A stretch of 56,447 nt of DNA from a virus (lineage: Duplodnaviria > Caudoviricetes). Position 1 is the first letter of the stretch. Each line of letters opens with the position of its first letter. The translations under genes and the position numbers were made by a program. Location: positions 1 through 56,447 of the IMG/VR virus record IMGVR_UViG_3300034061_006146, one strand, 5' to 3'. Below the pieces are notes generated by a model. That model had not been told where the DNA came from. It made no database searches and saw only the letters and a list, made by a program, of their open reading frames with translations. Below, piece by piece: positions 56,332 through 56,447 of the stretch.

Positions 56332-56447
56332 ATGCAAGTAGTCACCTACAAGGTAATTCCGGAACCTCCAAAAAACACCATCACATTCAGTAAGAATTAC
56401 AGAATTTTTTCTACTGGAGAACCTGTGCCCGGTGCTCTGAACATTGT
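56332..56447 (+). CDS. Start of a gene running off the window
   Basis: ATG at 56332, MQVVTYKVIPEPPKNTITFSKNYRIFSTGEPVPGALNI..., no stop before the window end; late box upstream. Confidence 0.6.
   Translation, partial: MQVVTYKVIPEPPKNTITFSKNYRIFSTGEPVPGALNI

Noticed and set aside
1-56447. Stop-codon reassignment as in some large Bacteroidota phages
   Set aside because: Conserved genes are full length in the standard code, coding density is high, and TAG (gp46) and TGA (nrdA-adjacent cd, 2711) occur at natural gene ends.
1-56447. Bacterial chromosome or prophage origin of groEL, groES, S1 and Hc1; mobile elements
   Set aside because: These genes are interleaved with T4-like core genes and share the phage promoter motif. 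No integrase, transposase, homing endonuclease or reverse transcriptase was recognised.

Overview
A 56 kb segment of a large, AT-rich, T4-superfamily (jumbo-type) myophage genome, read in the standard genetic code. The host is probably a Bacteroidota species; this is inferred from the short Hc1-like protein, the SD-less A-rich leaders and the PolB-type exonuclease. The left part (about 2.3-34.4 kb, mostly minus strand) is a replication, recombination, nucleotide-metabolism and host-takeover block. It holds dCMP deaminase, a gp42-like thymidylate-synthase-family enzyme, gp46/gp47, gp41 helicase, UvsX, the N-terminal half of a split family-B polymerase, gp56, RNase H, gp32, NrdAB, GroEL, GroES, an rpS1-like protein, an Hc1-like protein and a degenerate SET-domain protein. 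A plus-strand tail-tube-like gene lies just before this block and the tail sheath gene interrupts it. The right part (34.6-55.5 kb, plus strand) has a RuvC-like nuclease, the gp55 late sigma factor and a run of very large, probably virion, genes ending in a collagen-containing tail fibre. Reading the sequence directly also shows: (1) a fixed-spacing non-late promoter motif AAAC(T/C)-N15-GTAnAA(T/G) in 9 copies, alongside T4-like late ATAAATA boxes; (2) a candidate promoter-primed origin with CTAGG repeats at the strand switch; (3) T4 capsid-targeting-like peptides on several unrelated proteins, including two putative enzymes; (4) a G-P-S-x-x-P peptide repeated across three structural proteins; (5) residue-level evidence for a modified-cytosine pathway. 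All family calls are motif recognition by eye; no database search was run.
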